DNA of 64,000 nucleotides, taken from positions 84,333-148,332 of the forward strand of contig CDMY01000251.1 in assembly GCA_001179505.1 (NCBI GenBank), given 5' to 3'. Made by a program: the position numbers and the translations under genes. This document shows, in pieces, positions 1 to 14,013 of the stretch; within the stretch, counting starts at the first letter, position 1; every line of letters begins with the position of its first letter. The stretch is from Vitrella brassicaformis CCMP3155. Its lineage: Eukaryota > Protista > Chromerida. The notes beneath the pieces were generated by a model that searched no databases, was not told the DNA's origin, and saw only the letters and a program-made list of their open reading frames with translations.

Positions 1-350
1 CGGTATTCTGGATGGAGAAGGTTTCGCGTTTCCCGACCGACAGCCCCGTGCTAACGATGGTCCACCAGGGCGTCTACTGGAACGGCGTCCTCTCACGATT
101 CGCCAGCACAGGGGGCCTCTCGACGGGCGTCGTGTGCGTGGCTCTCTCCCTAATCGCGATTATTGTCGGGCTGTCTGTCGAGAGGAAAAGGCGACTGGTC
201 TCCTTGCGGCGGCAGAGAGTCGCGGATGCGACGGAACCACTCGCATGTGGGAGAGAAGGGGGGGATGAGGGGGTGCCCGAGAAGCAGGAGGATGAGGCCG
301 GAAAGGGTGCTATGAGGGTGGACAGCGAATCGACGGAGGCGCAGCCATGA
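1..350 (+). CDS. 3' end of a gene running in from the left edge: C-terminal transmembrane helix plus acidic tail; function unknown
   Basis: Open frame from the window edge to TGA at 350. Hydrophobic stretch VVCVALSLIAIIVGLSV followed by ERKRR (positive-inside), then an acidic tail. Confidence 0.55.
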   Translation, partial: VFWMEKVSRFPTDSPVLTMVHQGVYWNGVLSRFASTGGLSTGVVCVALSLIAIIVGLSVERKRRLVSLRRQRVADATEPLACGREGGDEGVPEKQEDEAGKGAMRVDSESTEAQP

Positions 351-1032
351 TCGATGTGATGGATGACACCATCGGATCGGCCAGCCAGATGTGGGTGGCG
401 TCTGAGCGTAACGCAGTACATTTGTCAGTCGTGTGTCCGAAGAGGGCGAGTGAGGAGAAGAACGCGCTACTGATGTGCACAAGACGAGGTGCGTGTGCAT
501 GTGCATGTTGAGTGCGTGGTCTGTAGTGTGTGCTACATAATGTGGCCGCCCAGACGGGAGGGGTCGATATATATCCATCTTTGTTTGTGTATAAGGGAAG
601 GAAGGAAGAGTGTGTAGACTTTTCTCCTGGTGCGATGCGATCGATGAGAGTTTGTGTAGTGGCTGGCTGGCAGTCTGTGTTTTCTTGTGGCTGGTGCGGC
701 ATTGCATTGCACCGCACCCGGCTGCGAGTGAGTGACGGAGAGAGTGGTCTGCATCAATGCAGACAGACAGACAGATAGACAGACAGACAGACAGACGGAA
801 TTCATGCGGACAGAAGACATCCATCGACGCTCAGATGAATGCGGCCACATAATTGACACATGACGGCGGACAAACGGGTCTTGCGTGCTCATCGTCCGCC
901 CCTCGTCACTCACTCCCATATCGCACAACCCGACAAGACGCCGCAAAAGTAAGTAGCCATTGACAGCCACAAAGCGCTCTGACTGCACACTCCCGTCATC
1001 CACAATGACCAACCAGCTCCGCACGACAGGCG

Positions 1033-2620
1033 TCATCTCCGCATTCTGCCGCCTTCCATTTCCTCTTCGTATTCGATCTCAATCCGAGGCCGCCGTCGAC
1101 CTGACGACCAAGCCAAGCCATCACACACAGACGGGACACACACCAGCCTGACGCCACGTGGCGTGGGACCTTTGTTAGATGTGTAGCGGACAAACCTGCA
1201 GGCAGCCTGGGTGGCGGCTCCAGGTGCTTCTTTGCTCCGGGGGCGACCAGCTCCTGTTCTTCTTCGTCGGCCATGTCCTCCATGTCCTGCTCTTCCTCTT
1301 CCTCTTCCTCTTCTTCATCCTCACCCTCGAGAAACGCCAAACGACCTGAACACACACAGAAGAGAGGAAGGAAGATCGGTCACAGGCACTTGTCTGTGTG
1401 GCCGGCCCACAGTCTCTCTCTCTGTGTGTGTCTCTCCGCTAGTGTGTGTCTGCTGCTGACTGACTGACTGACCTTCCGCTTCTCCCTCGAAGTCCTCTTC
1501 ATCCTCCATCTCCTCGTCCTCCTCTTCCATCTCCTCCGCCTCATCTTCCTGCTGGTCGATGACATGGTTGAAGTTGCGCTGCGGGAAATTGTAAATGTCG
1601 CCATAGGTCCCCTGCAGCGCACGCACCGGCACAACCACAACGGCACAGGTATCCATCACTGCCTTGTCCCCAGAGGTATCTATCTGTGCGTGTTCGTACG
1701 CACCTGCCTCAGCCGTTGCAGCAGCTCCTTCTCGATTGCGAGGTCCACCTTGGCGGCGGCCTCGGCCTTCTCCTCGCGCACCCTCTCGCGGCGCTCGGTC
1801 TTCTTCTTGATCGGTACCAACTTGGGCCTGATTGACACACACACACACATATACATAGACATAAATGTGTGGGTGGATGAATGACGCCCCTCAAGTGTGC
1901 CGTTTGTGGCAGCTGCTGGTGAGAGCCGTGTGTGCATCCATCTACTTTGGCTGGAGTGCGAGTTTCCTCATCTTGATCAAGACCTGCCGTATCCTGGTCA
2001 GCCGCTGCTTGCACCGGTTGATCTGGTGGGCCGGGTACACGCCCTGCATCTCGCTGTCAATCTGCTTCAGCGCCTGATGCAGCAAGGAAGGAAGGAACAA
2101 CAGCTGCTTTGACTGACTGATCGTGCCGTCAGCTGTCCGCCTGCCGGCCTGCCTGAGCCACGTACGCACCTCATTGAGGTTTTTTGAGAGTTTGACTTTT
2201 TCCCACAGTTGTCGCGGCATGTGTGCCCGCTCGATGGTCTTGAGATGCAGATAACACTGACCTGCACAAACAGTGGGTGGGTGGGTGTGCGTTTGTGGGT
2301 CCCTAGCTACCTACCTTTGTCTTCCATGACAGTGCCGTAGAGGCTGTTGGCGAGAGGGCACGACACCCGGTTGCACAGACCGGTCACATTGTAGTCGTTG
2401 CGGCAAAAGGTCTGCGTCTTGGTCCTGAACAGGGGGGAACACAACCAATCAGCCATCACACAACATATGACATGAGCCAATCAATGTCTGCGTGTGATTT
2501 CCTGTCCCCCTGTGTCTGTCTGTGCGTGATCTGTGCCGCGTCAGTCATGCATCCATACTTGACTTTGAACGAGCAGAAGCCATGGTTGAGGCTGAACCAC
2601 GTCACCTCGTCGTTCTGCAT
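1033..2620 (-). CDS. MAK16: MAK16 60S ribosome biogenesis protein, multi-exon
   Basis: Exons read [133 protein letters not shown], an acidic tract, then [11 protein letters not shown]-stop. This matches the Mak16 family throughout. Confidence 0.95.
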
Positions 2621-3049
2621 CTATCACTCCACGTCGAACCAGGAGTGAGTGAGCCGCCGACTGCCGCCAATCGATGACCGATGAGCGACGCACAGACTTG
2701 AGATCTGCTCGAGCTCAGACACATTAACACACAAGCAGCAGCTGTGTGAAGCATTGTCAGTCTTCCTTTGCGCCTCTCGCTACCCTCTCACCTTCGATGA
2801 GCAACCAAAAGCCTTCAAAATCCGCCCAGGGTTTTTCGGGTTCAGGGTTTGGTGCGAGCTTGGCTTTTGCGGGACTTAAAATCTGTGATTTGCAGCTTTC
2901 CGTTGCTTACTGCAGCGTGCATTGGCCAGCCGTGTCCACTTCAACCGAGATCTATACAGATCAGCCCATCCCGTGCGCCGCAGTCGACTGACCTGAGCGT
3001 GTGCGTCGCCTCCCTCCCTCATCACCTCACCCCGCCAGCGGCTGCCAGC

Positions 3050-5503
3050 ATGGCTGTGTCGACCGTCAACGCGCGTGCCGATGTGCTCAAGAAGAGCGCC
3101 GCGCTGGCCGTCAACTGCAACGCCGCCAAGGGCCTGCAGGAGGTGCTGAAGAGCAACCTGGGCCCAAGAGGCACCCTCAAGATGCTCGTGGGTGGCGCCG
3201 GGCAGATCAAGATCACCAAGGACGGGTGCGTGCTGCTCAACGAGATGCAGATACAGCACCCAACCGCATCGATGATCGCCAGGGCGGCCACAGCGCAGGA
3301 CGACATCACTGGCGACGGCACCACCTCGCATGTGCTGCTCGTGGGCGAGCTCATGAAGCAGGTACGTCCAGTGCGTCCGGGGCGTCCATCGCTGAGTGGA
3401 TGGATGGATGGACGGGAGGGTGGGTGTCTCACATTTGCATGTCTGTCTGTCTGTCTGCCTGGCTGTCTTTGATATATGTCTGTGTGTGTAACAGGCTGAG
3501 CGTTATGTGCTGGAGGGTGTGCATCCCCGCATCCTGTGTGAGGGCTTCGACCTCGCCCGCAAGGAGGTCCTGAACTTCCTCGACACCTTCAAGGTCCCCT
3601 CCCTCAGCGACAAGGGCGAGCCCGACCGCGAGCTGCTCACCTGCGTCGCCCGTACCGCCCTCCGCACCAAACTCCACACCCAGCTCGCCGACCAGCTCAC
3701 CGACATCGTCGTCGAGGCCGTGCTCATGATCCGCCCCAAGGACAACCCTGGCGAGGAGCAGTCGATGCCCATCGATCTGCATCGAGTGGAGCTCATCCAC
3801 ATGAAGCACAAGCTGACGAGCGACACTCGGCTGGTGCGGGGGCTGGCGCTGGACCACGGGTCGCGTCACGCGGACATGCCCAAGCGCCTGGCGCGCTGCA
3901 AGATCCTGACGTGCAACGTGTCGCTCGAGTACGAGAAGAGCGAGATCAACTCGGGGTTCTTCTACAGCAGCGCCGAGGAGAGGGAAAAGCTCGTGATCGC
4001 CGAGAGGAAATACACCGACGAGAAAGTCATGAAGATCATCGAACTCAAAAGACAGGTGGGTCGGTGGGAGGGGAGGTGGGGAGGGTGTCGGGCGTGTGGC
4101 TGGCTGGGGTGTACATGTATGTGTATATGTGTTGGTAGGTGTGTACGCCAGAGAGCGGTTTCAGCTTCGTGGTGTTGAATCAGAAGGGCATCGACCCGCC
4201 CTCACTCGACATGCTGGCCAAAGAGAACATCATCGCACTCAGGAGGGTACGTACATTCAATGGATCGATGCGCATCGCACGGCAGCAGCGCCACCTAGCG
4301 CACACAAGACATGCTGTGCTGTATGTGTGTCTGTGTGTGTTGGCCAGGTGAAGCGTCGCAACATGGAGCGTCTGACGTTGGCGTGTGGCGGCAGTGCGGT
4401 CAACTCGGTTGACGACCTCACACCAGAGGACCTGGGATACGCCGACGAGGTTGGCCAATCCACACACACACACATACACATACAGAGAGAGAGAGAATCA
4501 TGCACTCATTCACTCACTGTGTGTGTTGTGTGTCCCTCACGTGTGTGTGTGTAGGTGTACGAGTACACGTTGGGCGACGAGAAGTACACCTTTGTGGAGG
4601 GCCTCAAGAACCCCCAGAGCTGCACTGTGCTCATCAAGGGACCTACCGACCACGCCATCGCACAGGTACACTGACACACAGACACACGAAGACGCCTGAC
4701 ATGCATGGTGTTTTGTTTCTCTTTGTGTGTGTGTGTGGGTGCGGCCAGCTCAAGGACGCGACGCGTGACGGTCTGCGTGCGGTCAAGAACACCATCGAAG
4801 ACAAGTTCCTCGTCCCCGGCGCGGGAGCATTCGAAATCGCCGCATACGCTCATCTACAGGTAAACGCGCACCAAGTGAGTGGTTCGTGTGCCTGCCTCTT
4901 GGCCAGCTTGTGTGGATGGTATGGTTGGTATCTGCCGTTTGCGCCTCCTGTATTACATCTGTCCACCAGACGTACCAGAAGAGTGTGAGCGGCAAGGTCA
5001 AGTTGGGTATCCAGGCCTTCGCCGACGCCCTCCTGACCATACCCAAGACTCTGGCCGACAACTCGGGACTCGACGCACAGGTCAGCAAGAGGGATGGGAG
5101 GGGACACACACCTGTAGTGTATGTGTGTGTATATGTGTGTGTATGTGTTTTGCGTGTGCCCATGCTATGCAGGACACGATTCTTCATTTGTTGGAGGAGC
5201 ACGAGAAGACAAAGGAGCCCGTTGGGATGGACGTCATGACGGGAGACGCCATGCCACCCGCCATGGAAGGTACAAAAGGGCTGTCTGTCTGGAAGCCTGC
5301 AGACAGCCACATCGATGGATGGATGGATGGATTGGTTCTGTGCGTTGCGTTGCGTTGCGTGGTGTGGTGTGGTGTGTGTAGGTATCTGGGACAACTACCG
5401 CGTGAAGCGGCAGATGATCGGTCTGGCACCCTCTTTGGCGCAGCAGCTGCTCCTCGTGGACGAGGTCATCAAGGCCGGCAAGCAGATGAGGGCACAAGAC
5501 TAG
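3050..5503 (+). CDS. CCT6: T-complex protein 1 subunit zeta (chaperonin CCT6), multi-exon
   Basis: [110 protein letters not shown]...[13 protein letters not shown] are characteristic of CCT-zeta. Confidence 0.97.
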
Positions 5504-6527
5504 CTGACGGACGATAGATAGATAGGGGCGGGCAGACTATGTGCGTGCGGTGTGGTAGCCTTTCCTCTCGCTCTCTCTCCCTCCCTCCCTCCCTCCCTCT
5601 TGCGTACATACGCTGCTGCCTTGTCTCTCTACTACCCTGCCTGCTGCTGCCTGCCTGCCTGGATGTGGCGTCTTGCATGTCATGTGTCCCTATCTACTTC
5701 CCTATCCATGCCATGTATCTGGGTAGCATAGCAACCTGACCTGCGAGCGAGACACGGACTGTGCAGACAGACAGACAGACAGACAGAGGTTTAAGCAAGC
5801 CTGGTGTGGGAGGGGGCGGTGTCGTGTGCCCATCACACACACGCCTAGCTATCTTCCTTCGTCGGTGTCGATATATAGAAAGACAGACAGACAGACAGAC
5901 AGGTTGACCGGACTATCGCAACGAGCTGCAGGACTGGGTGGCTGCAGCTCGCGCGGCTCATTGGTAGGCAGCCGTCAGCCTCTAACCTAAGAGGCTGGTG
6001 GCAACCTACCGGTGCCTTGGTGCCAGCTGCAGCACCCAGTGCTGCAGACAGTCACATGTGTGGGAATGACCGACTCGCTAGCTGAGATGTGTGAGGGGAT
6101 ATATTGTGGCCAATCAAACAAACAGACAGACAGACCAGTGATGGGATGAGATGGGTGGATGGTTCTCGTCACTGTTGGCGCTTCATGGATCGTTAGGCCC
6201 CTGCCGGTAGGTAGGGAGCGAGTCCATCGAGCGGCAAGTGCAGTGCAGTGCGTGACACGACACCGGACGTGGTACGTACGTGCATACGGAGACGAGTGGA
6301 TGCTATGCGTAGGATTTAGCCGGTTGGCCTGTCCGTGAGTGCGTGTGGCGAACCATCAACCAACATTTATACACACAATACACGGAAGGAAACACACATG
6401 GGTACGCGACCGACATGCACAAGTCCGCCCCCATGCATGAGGGCAAGAATGGATGGCTACCTGTCCGTCTGTCTGTCTTTACACCCAACCATCCACCACC
6501 CACTGAGTCTCCTCCTCTCAGGGCTAG

Positions 6528-8060
6528 CTACCCTGTGGCGCCAAAGTGCGTCCACTGCGACTTGCTGCCCGCGAGGGGGCTCTTGAAGTCAGCTACCGTC
6601 TGGCCAAGCAGCGCTGCTCTCTCATCACCCCCAGCATCACCGCCGCCACCGCCAGCGCCGCCAAAACCGCCATACCCATCCCTACCACCGCCCGCAGCAT
6701 CGTGTGCCTGTGCGTGTCGGTGTGTGTCGCCGAATGCTTCAGGTTTGAGGGCCAGGATGTCTCGCATGCGCTTGCGGAGGGTGAGCACCATCTGGATGCC
6801 CATCACGGACGCTGCCGCAGCCAGGACGGCGAACAGCAGCAGCGAGACGCAATACAGGTCATAGCCTGACGAGAAACGAACGATTTGTTTGTGTTTCCTC
6901 TGCTCTTCGCTCACCCTACCCTGTCCGTAGTAGGTAGCTTCTTGCTGCACGGGGTCTATAATCCACTCAAACATGAGGGGCTCCTCCACCTTCAGCCCAT
7001 ACCTCTGCGCAGCCGCGTCAATCGCATGCCGATACCGCTCACGCATCCCCTTGACCACCACCCGCACCCCCGAACGCGCCTTGACGTCCCCCACCTCACC
7101 ACACTTGAACACTATCGCCGCGCCGCCCGAGCTCGAGCAGCAGTCGGTGCCCACCGCCCAGAAGTCGGTTACTGTGTTGGTTCGGGGGTTGCCCTGCGCG
7201 TCGAAGATGTTTCGCTGGATGGGCGCCGCACAGTAGATGGTGCCTCCCTCCAGGTATGTGCTCGCTCGCGCGGTGTCGACAGAGGTGCCGTCCGCGAACA
7301 CCACCTTGCCCGCGTCGAGCATCTGCTTGCCGGTGTTGACTTCGGGCTTGACGTCGATGTAGGTCTGCAGGCCGTTGAGGCGGTAGTAGGTCTTGAACAG
7401 ATACTGCCACAGCAACTCCCCACACACCACCCCCAGCACCAACGCCACTGCAAACAGCACCGCGGCGATGGCGTGCCACATCCGGCCGGTCCGTCTGCCC
7501 ATCGCCGCAGCGAGGTGTGGCGCCATCATTGCCCGTCTGGCATCTGTTGAATGTGTGTGGGGGGGCGGCCGGGGCAGCTTCTCTGGCGGCGCGTATCGAG
7601 CCCAAACGATGTTGGGAACGACGAACACGGCGAATGCGGCCAGCCAGATGAACCATGCCCACCCAAATGAGAAGCGGTAGAGTGACTCTCCAGCGGCAAA
7701 GTACTCGGGCCTGAAGCAGAAGCCCGTCAGGGTCAGCCAGAAGAGCACGAACGCCACGAGGTAGACGGAGGTGAGGCTGAGGTAGTCCCGCAGCTGCACG
7801 ATGAACCTGACGCCGAGGCCGGCGGTCGTGAAGCCGGGGAACGCACCTGCAACGCCGGGGAAGGCAAATGCATATGCGCCACCGAAGATCCCCCATTTGT
7901 TGGACGGCTGTCTGGCCAGCAGGTAGGCCTGCTCGGCGAAAGTGAGCCCAGTCGCCTCATCTGCGGATATGAGCTTGGGCGGCGTCACCCCACTGCAATC
8001 TGTGAGGGTGGACTGTGGGTGAGGACGAGCGGCACTGTGGGCGTCCTCCTTTCCATCCAT
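6528..8060 (-). CDS. Uncharacterised multi-pass membrane protein with a cysteine-containing extracytoplasmic loop
   Basis: 510-codon open frame with several hydrophobic helices (YLVAFVLFWLTLTGF, WAWFIWLAAFAVFVVPNIVW, AIAAVLFAVALVLGVVCGELLW, YCVSLLLFAVLAAAASVMG) and a loop with YCAAPI, DFWAVGTDCC and FKCG. It probably contains short stop-free in-frame introns. Confidence 0.7.
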   Translation of the reverse strand: MDGKEDAHSAARPHPQSTLTDCSGVTPPKLISADEATGLTFAEQAYLLARQPSNKWGIFGGAYAFAFPGVAGAFPGFTTAGLGVRFIVQLRDYLSLTSVYLVAFVLFWLTLTGFCFRPEYFAAGESLYRFSFGWAWFIWLAAFAVFVVPNIVWARYAPPEKLPRPPPHTHSTDARRAMMAPHLAAAMGRRTGRMWHAIAAVLFAVALVLGVVCGELLWQYLFKTYYRLNGLQTYIDVKPEVNTGKQMLDAGKVVFADGTSVDTARASTYLEGGTIYCAAPIQRNIFDAQGNPRTNTVTDFWAVGTDCCSSSGGAAIVFKCGEVGDVKARSGVRVVVKGMRERYRHAIDAAAQRYGLKVEEPLMFEWIIDPVQQEATYYGQGRVSEEQRKHKQIVRFSSGYDLYCVSLLLFAVLAAAASVMGIQMVLTLRKRMRDILALKPEAFGDTHRHAQAHDAAGGGRDGYGGFGGAGGGGGDAGGDERAALLGQTVADFKSPLAGSKSQWTHFGATG

Positions 8061-8241
8061 TTCTTTATTTACTCCTTCCTATGGTCCGTTCTGAAGCACC
8101 GAACACCCCAAGAAGATGATCCCATATAGGTGCTCAATTTACATCAGGAGGGGGCCTCTTCCGAGCTCGCGGAGTCTCTTTTAGCTACTTTAGAACCCAC
8201 ACACGCCGCTCGTGCGGCTCAATCAAGAAGGTGTGGCAAAC

Positions 8242-10963
8242 ATGGCGACGGATGAGCAACAGTTGGAGGAGCTCCAGCGAAGATTTCACCTCATGGGTAC
8301 TACGCAAGGCCTCTCTTGTCATCATTGCTGCATGTAACTGTATACACACAGAGGGGGAGCGCAAGATGACCTACGAGGCGGCGCAACAGACTCTCAAACA
8401 GAACAAAGACACCATCAAGACGCTCAAAGAGGAGGCCAAGTGTGCACACACGCTGAAGAAAGAGCAAGTCACATCACACCTGCCATCTTGATTGCACCGG
8501 CATCCTGTAGGACACTACGTCTTGCTGTCACTGACCTCAAGAAGAGCACCCTGCCGCCAGAGAATGTCCAGTTGACACAAAAGGTGTGCAATCGCTGTAT
8601 AACGAAGCGGGCAGTCATGCCCAAATGCCGATCCCGGCTCTCTTCATTTGTGCTCAGCGAGAGGAGCTTGCGACGTCCAAGACGAGACTGGACCTGACGA
8701 GGGACGAGAATGCAAAGCTGCACTCCGAACTCAAAATACTCACCGTAAGTAGCCACCTGTGAAGTCACGCAACCCGACGTGATGGTTGGCATCCGGCAGG
8801 ACAAGCTCAAGGAGCTGGAGCTGAATGCCCGCAGGCCGACCAGCGACGACTCACCACACATGAAGCAAATAAGAATCTTCGAAAATAGACTCGACAAGGT
8901 AGGGGTGCACATGGGACACCCCCCCCGTTGTCGACGCTCTTTGGCTCGATTGTTTTGACTCACAGGCCATGATCAAGTACAATGAGGCACAGAGCATCCG
9001 CAAGACGTACGAGCAGATCGTCAAGCGGCTCAAGGACGAGCGAGTCGGATTCGACCATCAGCTTGCCGCCATCGAAAAAAGCCTCAAGGTGAATGAACAG
9101 TTCAGCCGGCAGTTTCTTTGTTCATCGCCGCATCTTCGCTCCTTTTTCTTCTCCCCAGGCCAAGGAGCATGACTACGAGGAACTGCTGCTGCTGTCCCAC
9201 GATGCCAACCATGCGAAGGACATGGCGCAGGCGGAGCTGCATCGCTTCGAGCAGAGTGTGATTGAGGAGAGGCAGCAGCGGGAGAAAGAAGTGCAGGTAC
9301 ATACATACACGCACAAACGACAACACCGCCGAGCTGCAAGGCGCGCGTCATCCTTCTTTTTCTATCAGGAGAAGAAGACGCTGGTTCAAGCACGCGTCGA
9401 AATGAACCAGCGGTGAGACACCAATTACACTCGTCTGCGTCCTTTGCGCATGTCGCCCTTTTCTCTTCCTGGTCAGTCTGGAGCAGCGCGAGCGCGAGAA
9501 GAAGCTGCAACAAGAGGCGGATCGCGCTGGCAAAGAGGCACTCCAGACCACGCAGGCCGTCTCCGAGCTGGCTGCCGGCGTCTCGCACGCAGAGGCGGAA
9601 GATGAAAGGCAGAGAATGCAGGTCGCTGCATCTACAAGCAAGAGAGCTCTCTTGAAGGCCTTGACATCACTCCGTGTGTGTGTGTGTGTGTGTGTTGGCT
9701 GCAGGATTTCGAGGAGGCGTTCAGAAGGATAAAGGAGGCGACGGGTGTGTCTGACGTCAACGAGGTCATCCAGAAGTTCCTCACCCAAGAGGAGACGCAG
9801 AACAACCTCCTCAACCTCACCAAGGAGAACCAGGCCCGGATCGATCAACTGCAGGAGGAAAGAGCCAGACTCAGAGCCAAAGTGCGTGGGCACGTATGCG
9901 TACCTGTTGGAGGCACGAATGAATGAAGTCGATACGCGGTGTGCCGTGGAACGCCTATCTGCCTGTTCTGGTCTATCTGTCCGTCAGTTGGAGGAGATGA
10001 AGTTCTCGTCGTCTGGTATGGAGCAGCGGCGTCAGGCTGTGGATGACTACGAGGCGCAGCTCAACGAGGCCAACTCACGCTGCGAGCGGGCGCGCGTCAA
10101 GTACGAGCGGGTCGCTAAGATACTCGTCGACGCCACCGCTGGCATCGACCACCTCGCCGAGTTCCTGCAACCTATCAAAGTAAGTGAGCACAGTGCCCTC
10201 GCACACACACGCAGCACAAACATCATGTGTGTGCCGTGCGTCTATCTGTCAGCTTGACCGTGAGGCGCCCGAGACGGCTGCACCTGGTGCGGCAAGGAAT
10301 GTCGAGGACACGCTGGTGACGTGCGACCTGAAGCTCACGAAACTGCTTGCTCTTACTAACATGGTGTGTGAGTGCGATGCCTCTCTGTCTCAATTGGCTC
10401 AGACTGGATGTGTGTCCGTGAGTGTGTGCACGTGTCGATGCAGGAGCCGCAGGGGCCCCCTCCAGGTCTGTTGGAGACAGCCAAGATGGAGTCAGCCCTC
10501 AGCAGCATGGTGAGTGAGCGCAGACAGACATGTATGTCCATTTGCCCTGCTCTCTAGTCATGTCTCTCGCCGCCTTGTCGTCTGTCTGTCTGCATATGAA
10601 TGGGTCCACGTGGTGTCAGGCTCAGAGCATCCGTGTGCGTCTGCCTGAGGCCGATGCTGACGAGGACAGAGACGAAGACGAATACGAAGACGAGGTATGT
10701 ACAAACAAGCAGCCAGCCGAGAGACACACTTCTTCCCCGTGGGTGGCTCCCTCCCTCCCTCCCTGCCCCACTCAGCTTGACGAGGAGGTGTGGAATCGCA
10801 AGCACGTCAAGTACAACTCACAGCAGCTCCTCGAGAAGCAACAAAAGAAACTCAAGTACATCAATGAGGCCAACACCACACACACGGGCGACCCTTTACG
10901 GGTGTGTTTGGCTGTGTGTGTTTCAGGAAAAAGATCAAGGGCAGCAAGCCGCGGAAGGAGTGA
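8242..10963 (+). CDS. Outer dynein arm docking complex coiled-coil subunit (CCDC151/ODAD3/DC1-like), multi-exon
   Basis: QRRFHLMEGERKMTYEAAQQTLKQNKDTIKTLKEE, IRIFENRLDKAMIKYNEAQSIRKTYEQIVKRLKDERVGFDHQL, EEAFRRIKEATGVSDVNEVIQKFLTQEET resemble the CCDC151/ODA-DC family. Ends KKIKGSKPRKE-TGA. Confidence 0.8.
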
Positions 10964-11513
10964 GAATGCCGCTGTCCTACTGCTGTGCTGCTGGCGTGTG
11001 TGCCTGTGGGGGGTCGATTGATTCGTGCATGCTTGTTTGGGACCTTTCACCTCAAGTAAGTCATGTCATGGGATGGATGGCGGAAACACTACCAAACCAG
11101 CTGACACATAAACAGGCTATAGCTAGCTAGCACGACTGCACGTACGGGCGTCTTCATATCACATGCGACACATATATATCGACACACATACACGACACGA
11201 CACGGCCACCACTTACCTCCCCTCCAACCAACCCAGCAGCCCACTACCAAAACGGAGCATGCACACACACAGAGAATTCAACACGCACACGGATGCATCC
11301 GGCCAGGTAGGTATGATGTTTGCACACACATAAACGGCACAAGACTGCCACCTCAAACGCTACAAAACTGATGTAGATAGACCGCCAGCAACACACAAAC
11401 TTAAACGCAGAAACTGACAGCATGTGGCTGGTTGGCTTGCCGGGTCTCATACTTGTGTGAAGCAACTCCTATATTTCTCTCCTGAGCACGACGGACAGGC
11501 AATCAAGCGTTGT

Positions 11514-13739
<2,226 letters not shown>

Positions 13740-14013
13740 TCTTAGATGCGACGGCTGCCAAGCAACTTAGAGCGGATTCGCCACCTGGCGCTGAGCTTGC
13801 AGATGGCGATCCTCGTTGGTTTCCAGTGCAAAAGCGGCCCCATTGTCGAAGGCTCACGTCTGCACGTCACTGCACTACCGTTTTCAGCTTTTCGTGCAAA
13901 GATCCGGTATGTCGATCGCTGGCCGTTCAACGGCCGAGGTGCCACAGCGTTGGCTTCTTCCTCGGCTTAATTTCCTTCTGCTTTCTGCCCCGTACAGTAC
14001 CAAGTTGGGCAGG

